Below the pieces are notes generated by a model that ran no database searches, was not told the origin of the DNA, and saw nothing but the letters and a program-made list of their open reading frames with translations. DNA of 33,872 nucleotides from a bacterium (lineage in GTDB: Bacteria > Zhuqueibacterota > Zhuqueibacteria > Thermofontimicrobiales > Thermofontimicrobiaceae), in contig DSAU01000202.1 in assembly GCA_011046315.1 (NCBI GenBank), forward strand, positions 1-33,872, read 5' to 3'. Within the stretch, counting starts at the first letter, position 1. Every line of letters starts with the position of its first letter. Positions 10,343 through 19,600 of the stretch are shown in pieces. A program made the position numbers and the translations under genes.

Positions 10343-11106
10343 ACAAAGCACAAATGATCAAAATTTTCAGATGGAAGCTCTATCTGGCTGTCGCGGCGAT
10401 TATTATTGTTTTATTGTTCGATAAACTAATCATGCCGCTTTATACCCGCCACGGACAGGAGATTGAAGTACCGGATTTGACAAGTATGTTTTTTGAAGAT
10501 GCTCGCGAGCTGCTGAAACAGATGGAACTAAAAATTGTTGAAGAGGAAAAAAAATTTGATAGCAGTAATAAATTTCCGATAGGTTACATCATGGCTCAAA
10601 ATCCGCCGCCAGCATCAAAAGTAAAAACCGGCAGACGGATTTATGTTATTACCAGCAAGGGTGAACCTGTCATTGAAATGCCACAGTTGGTTCGCCGTTC
10701 AGAAAGGAACGCTGTTTTTGAACTGCAAAAGTTAGGATTGATTCTGGGTGAGGTGAATTATGAGCATTCCGAATTTTTCCATGAGGGAGTCATTTCAGAA
10801 CAGAGCATCCCGCCGGCTACGGAGCTTAAGCCCGGGACCGTCGTTGATATTACCGTCAGTCTGGGACAGTTTCCCGATAAATTCATTGTTCCGGACGTGG
10901 TGGGGCGCAGCTTGCGCGACGCGCGACGAATTATTTTTCAATCCGGGTTGACCTTGGGGGAGGTTAGCTTTCAGACGGAGGATGATCTGTTGCCAGAAAC
11001 AGTGATTCATCAATTTCCGGAGGCAAATTTGGAAGTGACGCAAGGAGATACGGTTAAACTTTTAGTGAGTACGTTTGGAGATAAAGCAAAGGATCTGATT
11101 GAATGA
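10339..11106 (+). CDS. Membrane-anchored PASTA-domain protein (3 PASTA repeats, no kinase domain)
   Basis: N-terminal TM (LYLAVAAIIIVLLF) followed by three modules of about 65 aa, each beginning V/MPxL/V...A...L...GL. ATGA start/stop overlaps with rsmB and rpe indicate translational coupling. Confidence 0.75.
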   Translation: MNKAQMIKIFRWKLYLAVAAIIIVLLFDKLIMPLYTRHGQEIEVPDLTSMFFEDARELLKQMELKIVEEEKKFDSSNKFPIGYIMAQNPPPASKVKTGRRIYVITSKGEPVIEMPQLVRRSERNAVFELQKLGLILGEVNYEHSEFFHEGVISEQSIPPATELKPGTVVDITVSLGQFPDKFIVPDVVGRSLRDARRIIFQSGLTLGEVSFQTEDDLLPETVIHQFPEANLEVTQGDTVKLLVSTFGDKAKDLIE

Positions 11107-11789
11107 TAAAAATCGCCCCCTCAATTCTTGCCGCCGACATTTCCCAGCTCGAAGGGCAGCTAACATCGGCTCTCGATGCAGGAATTGATTGGCTGCACGT
11201 TGATATCATGGACGGGCATTTTGTCCCCAACATGACCTTCGGTCCTGGGTTTGTAAAAACCGTTAAACAAATGACAGGAGCGTTTCTTGATGTACACTTG
11301 ATGGTTGAAGAGCCGGATTTTTGGATTCCCCGATTTCGAGATGCCGGCGCTGATTTGCTGACCGTTCACGTGGAGTCCGGTCCGCATTTGCACCGATCGA
11401 TTCAACTGGTGAAATCATTGGGCGCCAAAGCCGGGGTGACGCTCAATCCTGCCACACCGGCTTGCAGCATTGAGCCGATTATTACCGAAGTAGAGCTGGT
11501 TTTGGTGATGACGGTTAATCCGGGTTTTGGCGGGCAAACTTTTATTGAATCTTGTTTAAAAAAGATTGCCCAGATTCGTCAGATGATCAATCAGGCAGGA
11601 GTGAATGTCTACTTGGAGGTCGATGGTGGCATAGCTGAGGATAACGCCAGGCGCGTTCTCGATGCTGGCGCTGATGTGTTGGTGGCGGGAACCGCGATCT
11701 TTCAACAGGGGGACATTCCTGACGCCATTGCTCGATTGGAAAAAGTGATAGCAGAATTTTTAGCCCAACAAGATCGCCTCACAATTTGA
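11103..11789 (+). CDS. rpe: Ribulose-phosphate 3-epimerase
   Basis: MIKIAPSILAADISQL...HVDIMDGHFVPN...HLMV...VMTVNPGFGGQ...VDGGI is a canonical Rpe TIM-barrel sequence. Confidence 0.9.
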   Translation: MIKIAPSILAADISQLEGQLTSALDAGIDWLHVDIMDGHFVPNMTFGPGFVKTVKQMTGAFLDVHLMVEEPDFWIPRFRDAGADLLTVHVESGPHLHRSIQLVKSLGAKAGVTLNPATPACSIEPIITEVELVLVMTVNPGFGGQTFIESCLKKIAQIRQMINQAGVNVYLEVDGGIAEDNARRVLDAGADVLVAGTAIFQQGDIPDAIARLEKVIAEFLAQQDRLTI

Positions 11790-11901
11790 TGGATTGTTGA
11801 TGCCATCGTTAAAAAAGGAATTTAATTATTCAGCTATCGAATCCCTGGAATTTGGTGAAGTGGTTCATTGATTCTTCAAAATAAAGCGATAGTATCAATT
11901 C

Positions 11902-12050
11902 AGGTCTAAGAACATAGCTTCGCGAATAAATTAATGAAAAGCAATCACAGATTTCGCTGATTTCACAGATGATTTCACAGATTAAAATCTTTGTCATCTG
12001 AGAAAGCTGCGGTACTTTTTTTCTGCGACAACTTCGAAATTCTGATACAA
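11902..12050 (+). repeat. Dispersed intergenic repeat, copy 2
   Basis: Aligns with 148-298 (see copy 1) and ends 11 nt before the putative csp promoter. Confidence 0.8.
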
Positions 12051-12061
12051 AAAATTAATCC

Positions 12062-12090
12062 TTGACAAAGTGGTTTGTATTTTCTATATT
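12062..12090 (+). promoter_or_regulatory. Putative sigma-70-type promoter of the cold-shock gene
   Basis: TTGACA (12062-12067), a 17-nt spacer, then TATATT (12085-12090). This would give a leader of about 60 nt before the GGAGG and the ATG at 12158. Confidence 0.5.
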
Positions 12091-12157
12091 TATAGCGTAA
12101 AATCATTCGCAGAGATAACAGTAGGTTATGTTTGTTCAGCAGGAGGTCGGATTATCC

Positions 12158-12364
12158 ATGAGACGCGGTGTTGTGAAGTGGTTCGATGAAGCCAAAGGAT
12201 ATGGATATATTGAAAGCGACACAGGTGAATCAGTATTTGTTCATTTTTCGAATATTGCTCAGCAAAAGGGCTTTAAAACATTGGTACCCGGAGCAAAAGT
12301 TGAATTCGAGGCGATTTCCGGTGAGAAAGGAATGAATGCAATTTATGTCAAAGTCATGTCGTAA
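12158..12364 (+). CDS. Cold-shock domain protein (CspA family)
   Basis: MRRGVVKWFDEAKGYGYIESDTGESVFVHFSNI carries RNP1 (KGYGYI) and RNP2 (VFVHF). GGAGG lies upstream of the ATG at 12158; the called start at 12128 is probably too far upstream. Confidence 0.9.
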   Translation: MRRGVVKWFDEAKGYGYIESDTGESVFVHFSNIAQQKGFKTLVPGAKVEFEAISGEKGMNAIYVKVMS

Positions 12365-12535
12365 CAAAATCGCTTCAGTTATCGTGCAAAACACCTTTGC
12401 TTGTGGGCAGTAGCTGCATAATAATTATTTTTTCTTTTTTTAGGAAAACTCTAATTTACCAGCTAACAAATACATAGCGTGTTAGCAATTGCAAAATCAT
12501 TGTTTCAGAAATCGAGAATTTGGTTTTCGTTTTTT

Positions 12536-12561
12536 TAATTATTCTGACATTAATTATTCTG
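12536..12561. repeat. Direct repeat TAATTATTCTG x2 (15-nt phase)
   Basis: Identical 11-mers at 12536-12546 and 12551-12561, upstream of the hypothetical gene at 12648. Confidence 0.6.
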
Positions 12562-12647
12562 CCTTTTTAATAATACATTTAAAATCAGGCAAGCGCTGTT
12601 GAATAGTTGCGATGTTTTTAATAAGATTTTTGAATTTTAGGGAAATT

Positions 12648-13088
12648 ATGAAAAATATCTTTTCCGAAAAAGACATCATAAAAATTGCCAGAGTGCTGGA
12701 TTGCGACTGGAAGAATAAAGGAAATAATTATCGGCTGAGCCTGGTGAATGAGAATCAAACCAGGAGGCTATCTCTGGAAATTTATCCACATCTTCAGATC
12801 GGAGATAAACATGGCAGCGTTATTTCTGTTTTAACTGAAAATACCCATTTGCAGCTCCAATTTTGTGCAGGGTTTATTATCAGTGAACTAAATCAAGAAG
12901 TCACTTTTTACAGTCAGAATAAAGACAAGGTTTGTGGGTTGATCGTTGAGCGTGGAGCAGGTTGTTCCATGTATGCGAATGTGGATCGTTCCGTGCTATC
13001 CGGCGATTTTTCGAACATGGGCCCCGAAGTGATGCTGAGTGGAATTGCCCTTTCCCTGACCGAACAATTCATTAATCCTGAAAAATAA
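12648..13088 (+). CDS. Hypothetical protein (146 aa, soluble, no recognised motif)
   Basis: An open frame with coding-like composition. I prefer the ATG at 12648 (MKNIFSEKDI...). I recognise no family. Confidence 0.4.
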   Translation: MKNIFSEKDIIKIARVLDCDWKNKGNNYRLSLVNENQTRRLSLEIYPHLQIGDKHGSVISVLTENTHLQLQFCAGFIISELNQEVTFYSQNKDKVCGLIVERGAGCSMYANVDRSVLSGDFSNMGPEVMLSGIALSLTEQFINPEK

Positions 13089-13190
13089 TCGCCTGTTTTC
13101 ATCGACAAGCAATTTCCGAACTCATCATTTCAGATCCTCCCACAATTACCGATCACATACAATCCGAAATTCAAATTTGAATCGATTAAA

Positions 13191-14132
13191 ATGGATAAAT
13201 TCGTTGATGATTTTATAAACTACTTAATGGTTGAGCGCAACCTTGCGGAAAATACCATTGAAGCTTACGCCGCAGATTTGCGCAAGTATGCCGATTTTTT
13301 AATTGAAAGAAATATCCCGGAACCCGCGCAAATTGAGTTGAAGGATATCGTGGCTTTTTTAACAGGTTTATCAAAGCAGGGATTGTCGTCGCTGACCGTG
13401 GCGCGGAACCTTTCAGCGTTGCGCATGTTCCATCGGTTTTTATTGAGTGAGGGAGTTACCGAGTCTAATCCGGCGGAAAATATTGATTCGCCCAAACTGG
13501 CGCATAAACTGCCGATCGCCATTGACCAATTTGAAATGGAAAATTTAATCAACCAACCTGACGTGTCAACCGAGCTGGGAATACGAGATCGGGCGATGTT
13601 GGAGCTGGCCTATGCCACCGGCGTCCGGGTATCCGAGCTGCTGACGATGCAATTGGTTGATCTGATATTTAATGAACAATTAATCCGGGTTGTCGGTAAA
13701 GGATCAAAGCAACGTTTGATCCCGGTGGGTGAACGAGCGATTGAATGGGTCGAGATCTATCTGGCAGAAGGTCGCCCCCTGTTACAGAAGACGTTGGTGA
13801 ATGAGAATGCACTATTTTTAAATCGGCGCGGACGACGGCTCAGCCGGATGGGATTTTGGAAAATACTGCAAAAATACGCAGTGGCTGCAAATTTGAGCAA
13901 GCCGATTTCGCCGCATACACTGCGCCATTCGTTTGCCACCCATCTGATTGAAGGCGGTGCGGATTTACGCGCAGTCCAGGAGATGTTGGGGCATGTAAAT
14001 ATTTCAACCACCCAGATTTATACCCATCTTGATCGCGAATATCTGAAGGAAATTCATCGAAGCTTTCATCCACGTGAAAAAGAATATTTTAAAAATAAAC
14101 CTAAGCCAGACAAGCTGGAATTAAAAATTTAA
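13191..14132 (+). CDS. xerD: Tyrosine recombinase XerD/XerC family
   Basis: N-terminal SAM-like domain (NTIEAYAADLRKY...ARNLSALRMFHRFL) and the catalytic residues R...HTLRHSFATHL...LGHVNISTTQIYTHL. Confidence 0.8.
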   Translation: MDKFVDDFINYLMVERNLAENTIEAYAADLRKYADFLIERNIPEPAQIELKDIVAFLTGLSKQGLSSLTVARNLSALRMFHRFLLSEGVTESNPAENIDSPKLAHKLPIAIDQFEMENLINQPDVSTELGIRDRAMLELAYATGVRVSELLTMQLVDLIFNEQLIRVVGKGSKQRLIPVGERAIEWVEIYLAEGRPLLQKTLVNENALFLNRRGRRLSRMGFWKILQKYAVAANLSKPISPHTLRHSFATHLIEGGADLRAVQEMLGHVNISTTQIYTHLDREYLKEIHRSFHPREKEYFKNKPKPDKLELKI

Positions 14133-14411
14133 AATTAAAAATGAAACTAATTCTGTAATGCTATCACCAAAAAGTTTGCCCGAAAAAACAGCCTTTGTAA
14201 GGCGTTGAAAAGATATAACATGCAATGGGTATTAAAAAATATCTTGCCAAAAAAATACACAATTTAACTTGTCAGGTACTAAAGGATGTGAATTAAACAA
14301 CTGTCCCATTTAAGAATGATAGTTGCTCATAGAAAGGCAAGAGTGCGTTATCAAATAAGTAACTTAATTATTTCACAGTCCTAAATTAACCAAACAAACG
14401 GAGATGATAAA

Positions 14412-15233
14412 TTGAGAAGTGCAATCAATTACGATATTCTTTCAGAGAACAGAATCCGGTCTGCTCTCAAAACCGATTCTATGGCTCAAAATATTCATGC
14501 GTTCTGGAGCGTCGGCTCCACCAATGAATTTGCTCTTCGTATGGCCCAATTGGGTGACCCTGAGGGGACGCTGGTCATTGCTGAAAAGCAAGAACACGGC
14601 CGGGGGCGGATGTTGCGAAGCTGGGATTCGCCTTTAGCCAAAGGATTGTGGTTTTCGGTAATTTTGCGACCGCAATTATCATCTTCCCAAGCCGGGTTGT
14701 TGCCCTATATTGCCGGAGTTTCAGTTGCAGAGGCTGTCGAAGCTCAGCTGGGATTGCATCCTGATCTGAAATGGCCCAATGACCTGCTAGTTGGCGGGAA
14801 GAAATTTTGCGGCATTCTTTCTGAAGTTGAATTTGAAAATGGTAAAATTAAATTTATTGTACTGGGAATTGGCGTCAATGTCAACCATCTCGCTGGTGAT
14901 TTTAGCAGACAGATCAGAGATGGTGCAACTTCTTTGCGGCTTGCCGCGGAGACACGGATCGACCGGGCAGATTTGCTGGCAGCAATTTTATCAAAACTGG
15001 AACAGAATTATGAGCGCGTGAAAACTGAAGGATTTGATGACCTGTTACACAGATGGAAAACGCGCTGTTCTAATTTTAAGAAAAATGTGGCGCTCAAACA
15101 GGATCAAACCACCATTGAAGGTACATTCGTCGATATTGATCATGAAGGATGTCTCCTTTTAAAAACTGGTTCCGGTGAAACGAAAAAGATTTCCGCCGGG
15201 GATGTAATCTTTGAATCGGGAAGGGGAAAATAA
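14412..15233 (+). CDS. birA: Biotin--[acetyl-CoA-carboxylase] ligase (group I, no HTH)
   Basis: VGSTNEFA...GRGRMLRSWDSP...KWPNDLLVGGKKFCGILSE are BirA catalytic motifs. The start is a TTG at 14412, 8 nt after GGAGA. Confidence 0.85.
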   Translation: MRSAINYDILSENRIRSALKTDSMAQNIHAFWSVGSTNEFALRMAQLGDPEGTLVIAEKQEHGRGRMLRSWDSPLAKGLWFSVILRPQLSSSQAGLLPYIAGVSVAEAVEAQLGLHPDLKWPNDLLVGGKKFCGILSEVEFENGKIKFIVLGIGVNVNHLAGDFSRQIRDGATSLRLAAETRIDRADLLAAILSKLEQNYERVKTEGFDDLLHRWKTRCSNFKKNVALKQDQTTIEGTFVDIDHEGCLLLKTGSGETKKISAGDVIFESGRGK

Positions 15234-15235
15234 TC

Positions 15236-16003
15236 ATGCTATTAATGGCGGTGGACATCGGTAATACCAATGTGGTGGTCGGGCTTTTTGACCAGGATCA
15301 GATTGTGGCGCGCTGGCGCCTTTCCAGCAAAGCCGCCAGAACCGAAGATGAATATTGGATATTGTTGAATTCATTGTTTCGCAACAACGAGATTGACATT
15401 GGCAAGGTTCGGGGCGCGATCATTTCCTCAGTGGTTCCGGACCTTACCTTACCGTTTGTTCGCATTGCAGAAAATTTTTTAAAGGTTGAACCCGTGCTGG
15501 TTGAACCCGAGCTTAATTTGCGATTGCAGCTCAAAGTCGACAATCCGAAATCGGTTGGCGCCGACCGGATTTGTAACTGCGTCGCCGGATTTCAAAAGTA
15601 CGGCGGTCCGCTGGTGATACTGGATTTTGGCACCGCCACCACGTTCGATGTGGTAACTGAAAAATTTGAGTTTATCGGCGGGATTATTGCGCCGGGGATT
15701 GAAATGACTGCCGCAATCCTGCATCAATTCGCTGCCAAACTGCCCAAAGTCGAACTGAAATTCCCCAGAACGGTTATCGGCAGCAATACTGAAACCAACA
15801 TTCAATCGGGGTTGATGTTTGGGATGGTGGATTTGATAAATGGACTATTAAATCGAATTGAAAAACAATTAAAAAAGGAGATAAAAGTTATCGCCACCGG
15901 AGGATTAGCTATAATTATTGTACCCCAACTTGATCGGAAGATTGTGATTGAGCCTGATTTGACGCTGTTTGGATTGAAACTAATTTATGATTCTATTGAC
16001 TGA
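15236..16003 (+). CDS. coaX: Type III pantothenate kinase
   Basis: MLLMAVDIGNTNVVVGLF...GADRI...ILDFGTATTFD...ATGG is the CoaX/Baf acetate-sugar-kinase fold pattern. birA-coaX adjacency is common. Confidence 0.9.
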   Translation: MLLMAVDIGNTNVVVGLFDQDQIVARWRLSSKAARTEDEYWILLNSLFRNNEIDIGKVRGAIISSVVPDLTLPFVRIAENFLKVEPVLVEPELNLRLQLKVDNPKSVGADRICNCVAGFQKYGGPLVILDFGTATTFDVVTEKFEFIGGIIAPGIEMTAAILHQFAAKLPKVELKFPRTVIGSNTETNIQSGLMFGMVDLINGLLNRIEKQLKKEIKVIATGGLAIIIVPQLDRKIVIEPDLTLFGLKLIYDSID

Positions 16004-16212
16004 TTCAGCAATTTGTTAGTTCTCAAACTAAATTACAAAGACATTCTAAAATTCTGTAAAACTATTGCCACCCACCTAATCTAACAAAAAGAAAGCAATC
16101 CTTCTTTTCTGAATGCTTTGGATCAAAATATAAAGATCGCATTAAAAAAAAGACCTCTTGATACAAAAAAATCCGGTTTCAGAGATTCAATAACTACACC
16201 AAAAATTAGCAC

Positions 16213-16241
16213 TTGACATCTTAATAAAAATTAATTATCTT
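16213..16241 (+). promoter_or_regulatory. Candidate sigma-70-type promoter far upstream of the SH3b-repeat gene
   Basis: TTGACA (16213-16218), a 17-nt spacer, then TATCTT (16236-16241). The background is AT-rich, so a chance match is possible. Confidence 0.3.
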
Positions 16242-16684
16242 TACTTGTATTTAAGTTTTGAAACCCAAAAGCAAACAATTTGCTTTCAGGTGTTGTGTTC
16301 TGTTTTTTGAATTGGAAAGAAAACTTTTTCGCTGCAGACAACGTTAAAGGGAAGACAGTTTTCAGTGCTGCTAAATCGTGATGATGATTACATTTATTTA
16401 GAAGACATCAGGACAATGTTGGCTCGTGTTGCTTTTATTTATTAAGCGGAAAAGTTCCAAACTCAAGATGCGTTCAGTAGATGAAGGCTGTCAACTTCAA
16501 CACCGATTGCAGCAACGGTGCATCACCGGCGTCGCTATCTGCGTATCGAGAGGTTTGGCGGTTAAATGCACTGACAAAATAAAAGTCCTGGAGGAATGAC
16601 AGCAATAATCCCAAATTTGTGAAATCAAAAGATTTCCAGATATTAAGTGATAAAATTTATGAAAACGATCAAGAGGGAGGTCAA

Positions 16685-19600
16685 ATGAGGACAGGATTGA
16701 TTCGCATCATGGCAATTGTTGTTTTGACAATCGTCGCTGCCTGCTCTCCTGAATTCATTGATCAGCCAGATCGATTAGCCATTAGTGCGGATACGAATGT
16801 TCGTTCGGGTCCTGGGATGGATTACAAAATTATTGGCACATTAAAAGCCGGGACGCGAATATTACTGTTAGCTTCTCAAAACGACTGGCACCGGGTGGAA
16901 ATGCCGGATGGGCGAACTGGCTGGATATTTCACGGTGTAGCGCGATTAGTTGGATCTGAAAAGGTGGTTATCATGCGCGATACCCGGGTGAGGCGTGGTC
17001 CGGGTGATGAATTCAGCGCGTTCGCTATCGTCAAGAAAGGGAAACAGCTCGATTCCCGCGGCGAGCGAGGCAACTGGTATTTAGTTGATCTGGTACCCGG
17101 AAAAAGCGGCTGGATAAAGAAAAGCGACGCTGAAAAAAGTTCGCACCGTAATCTAACGGTTACCATGTCTGCAAAAGTCCATCAATCGCCCGACATACGC
17201 TCGAAAGTGATGATTAATGTCAATCCCGGTTCAGAATTAGTTTATCTCGGAAAACAGGGCGAGTTTTATCAAATTCGTCTCTCTGGTGGGGATACCGGCT
17301 GGCTGCATGAGTCCGCTGTTAAGCCAATTCAAGAGCGTACCATTAGGGTCAAGGAAAAAACCTATGTCAGGCGCGGTGCAAACGTGGGTTATGGTGTGTC
17401 GGATACCGTGGATGTGGGGATGCGCTTAACGCTGTTGGCTGAAAAGGATAACTGGTACGAGGTGCGTACACCAACCGGAACCAAAGGCTGGATCTACAAA
17501 GATTTTGTGACCACAATAATGTCCAAAGGAGAGCTGGTTGCTGAAGAACGACCGGTCTTTCTGATGACAAATCAGGATTGCAACGTTCGGCAGGGCTGGG
17601 GAACCAACTGGCAGCGAATCGATCGCCTGAAAAAAGGAACGCTGGTGATGAAAATCGGGCAAAAAGACGATTGGCTTCGGGTTAAAATGCCAAATGAGAA
17701 GATAGGATGGATTCGGCAGGATCTGCTGGATTTTGATGTGACCGTACTAATCACCTTGTTGGAATGCAATATTCGGATGGGCTATGGTACCAATTTTATG
17801 ATTAAAACTCGAGTACCCGGCTATACGCCGTTGGTGCGAATTTCTGAACAACAAGGCTGGACCCGCGTTTATCTAACCGATAGTGAAATCGGCTGGATTC
17901 GAAATGATTTGTTCGCTCCGTTAGACAGCTTATTGTTTGCCAATCAGGATTGCAATGTTCGCAAAGGTCCCAGCACCCAACATGCCCGCATTAAGCGAAT
18001 TGATTATGGCACGCCGGTGTACTATTTGGGCAAGGAAAAAAATTGGTACAAAATCCGATTGGTCGATAACCGCGAAATCGGTTACATCCGTGACGATCTG
18101 CTGAATCAGACCGGAAATGAATTTGTTGCCAACGACCGGATCAATGTTTACAAAGGGGCATCGACTGATTATGCCGTCATTGGTACGCTGCCGGTGCGGA
18201 CAAGATTAAAAAAAATGGAACAAAATGAAAACTTTTTCCGGGTTCAATTGGACGATGGGAGAGATGGCTGGGTCGAAAAAGATAAGGTTTCCTACTCCTT
18301 TTATCCGGCGCCAAATTATCGGTTGTCAACTGGGACGGGATCGACATTTGCCGGACAAACAGCGGTGACATCAATTGCGTCAGCGACGCCAGCTGTTGTT
18401 AGTTCGGGCGACGGTTATGATTCTCAGCAAACCAGCGCAATGAAAGACTTGAGCCAAAAGGATGTAACCAAGGTAGCGATAAATCTGAGAACGCAACCCG
18501 ATACTTCATCCTCTATTATTACGAATATTCCGCCGGGAAATACCCTGTACCAGATTAAGCAATCCGGTGAATGGTGGGAAGTGATGACCGTTGACGGTAC
18601 TTATGGCTGGGTTCATCAAATGGCGTTTGGTACTCCGGCGACAAAGACGCTCTACGCCGCCACAGCGGCTAATGTCCGTTATGGACCCAGCACTAATTAT
18701 CGCATTGTCGCTACTGTTCGGAAAGGGGAGATGCTGACCCGTTTGGATAAACGGGATAATTGGTATAATGTCCGCCTTCCGGATAATTCAACCGGTTGGA
18801 TTCGTCAGGACCTGGTTGATGAATATCGAATCGCGCCGACAATCGATCATAGCATTGTCCCGGAACCAGCTTATAGCACTGCGATTACCGTTGCAGAAAC
18901 CAAATTGTACGATGGACCGTCATACTCCTACCCGATACGGAGAAATATTCATATCAATACGATTGTGACAATCATCGGGAGATACCAGAAGTGGAGTCAG
19001 GTGGAGTTGAATGACGGAACAACCGGCTGGATTGCCAACGACGATATTCGGGAAAAATTTCATTCCAAGCTGATTGCAGTGAATGACGCCGATGTCCGGG
19101 CAAACGCCGCCACCCAGTCAGAGGTGGTTGATCGGGTTAAAAAAGGTGAGTTCTTTCGTCCGTTTGAGGAGAAAAACGGCTGGTTTCGTATCATTCACCA
19201 TGAAAAGACCGGATGGATATCTTCCAGAGATGTTCTCAAGCTAAAATACCCGCCGGTTTATGTCAACACTGAAGAGGTAAACATCCGGCGTCTTCCGGAT
19301 ATCAATTCAAAAAAAATTGGAATTGAGAAAGAAGGCGCCAAACTGATTCCCACTGACGATCATGAGCGCTGGTTGTTTGTCCGTTTACCCAGAGGTGACA
19401 GGGGCTGGATTCATAAGGATTTGGTCAATCGGCAAAAATATCCATGGATTAAAATCGTCCGCGATGCTGAAGTTTATCAGAAGCCGACCGCCGGCAGTAT
19501 TTTACGGGGAAGGGTGACTCGCGGTGAAAAATATCTCGCCCTGGATAAAAATGACAATTGGTATAAAATGGCATTGCGTAGCGGAGATATCGCCTGGATT

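Noticed and set aside
13191-14132. The tyrosine recombinase as a marker of an integrated mobile element or prophage.
   Set aside because: The sequence looks like chromosomal XerD/XerC. The flanks are housekeeping genes (csp, birA-coaX). I see no tRNA, att-like direct repeats, phage genes or transposase genes.
16468-16599. 43-aa Cys-containing small ORF (MRSVDEGCQLQHRLQQRCITGVAICVSRGLAVKC...) inside the long upstream region of the SH3b gene.
   Set aside because: It has no Shine-Dalgarno sequence, although neighbouring genes use strong ones. It coincides with the GC-richer block, which could equally be RNA structure. It cannot be supported as coding without conservation data.
16619-16684. Upstream GTG extension of the SH3b-repeat ORF (MKSKDFQILSDKIYENDQEGGQ).
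   Set aside because: The internal ATG at 16685 is preceded by GGGAGG and starts a textbook lipoprotein signal peptide. The extension would bury that signal.
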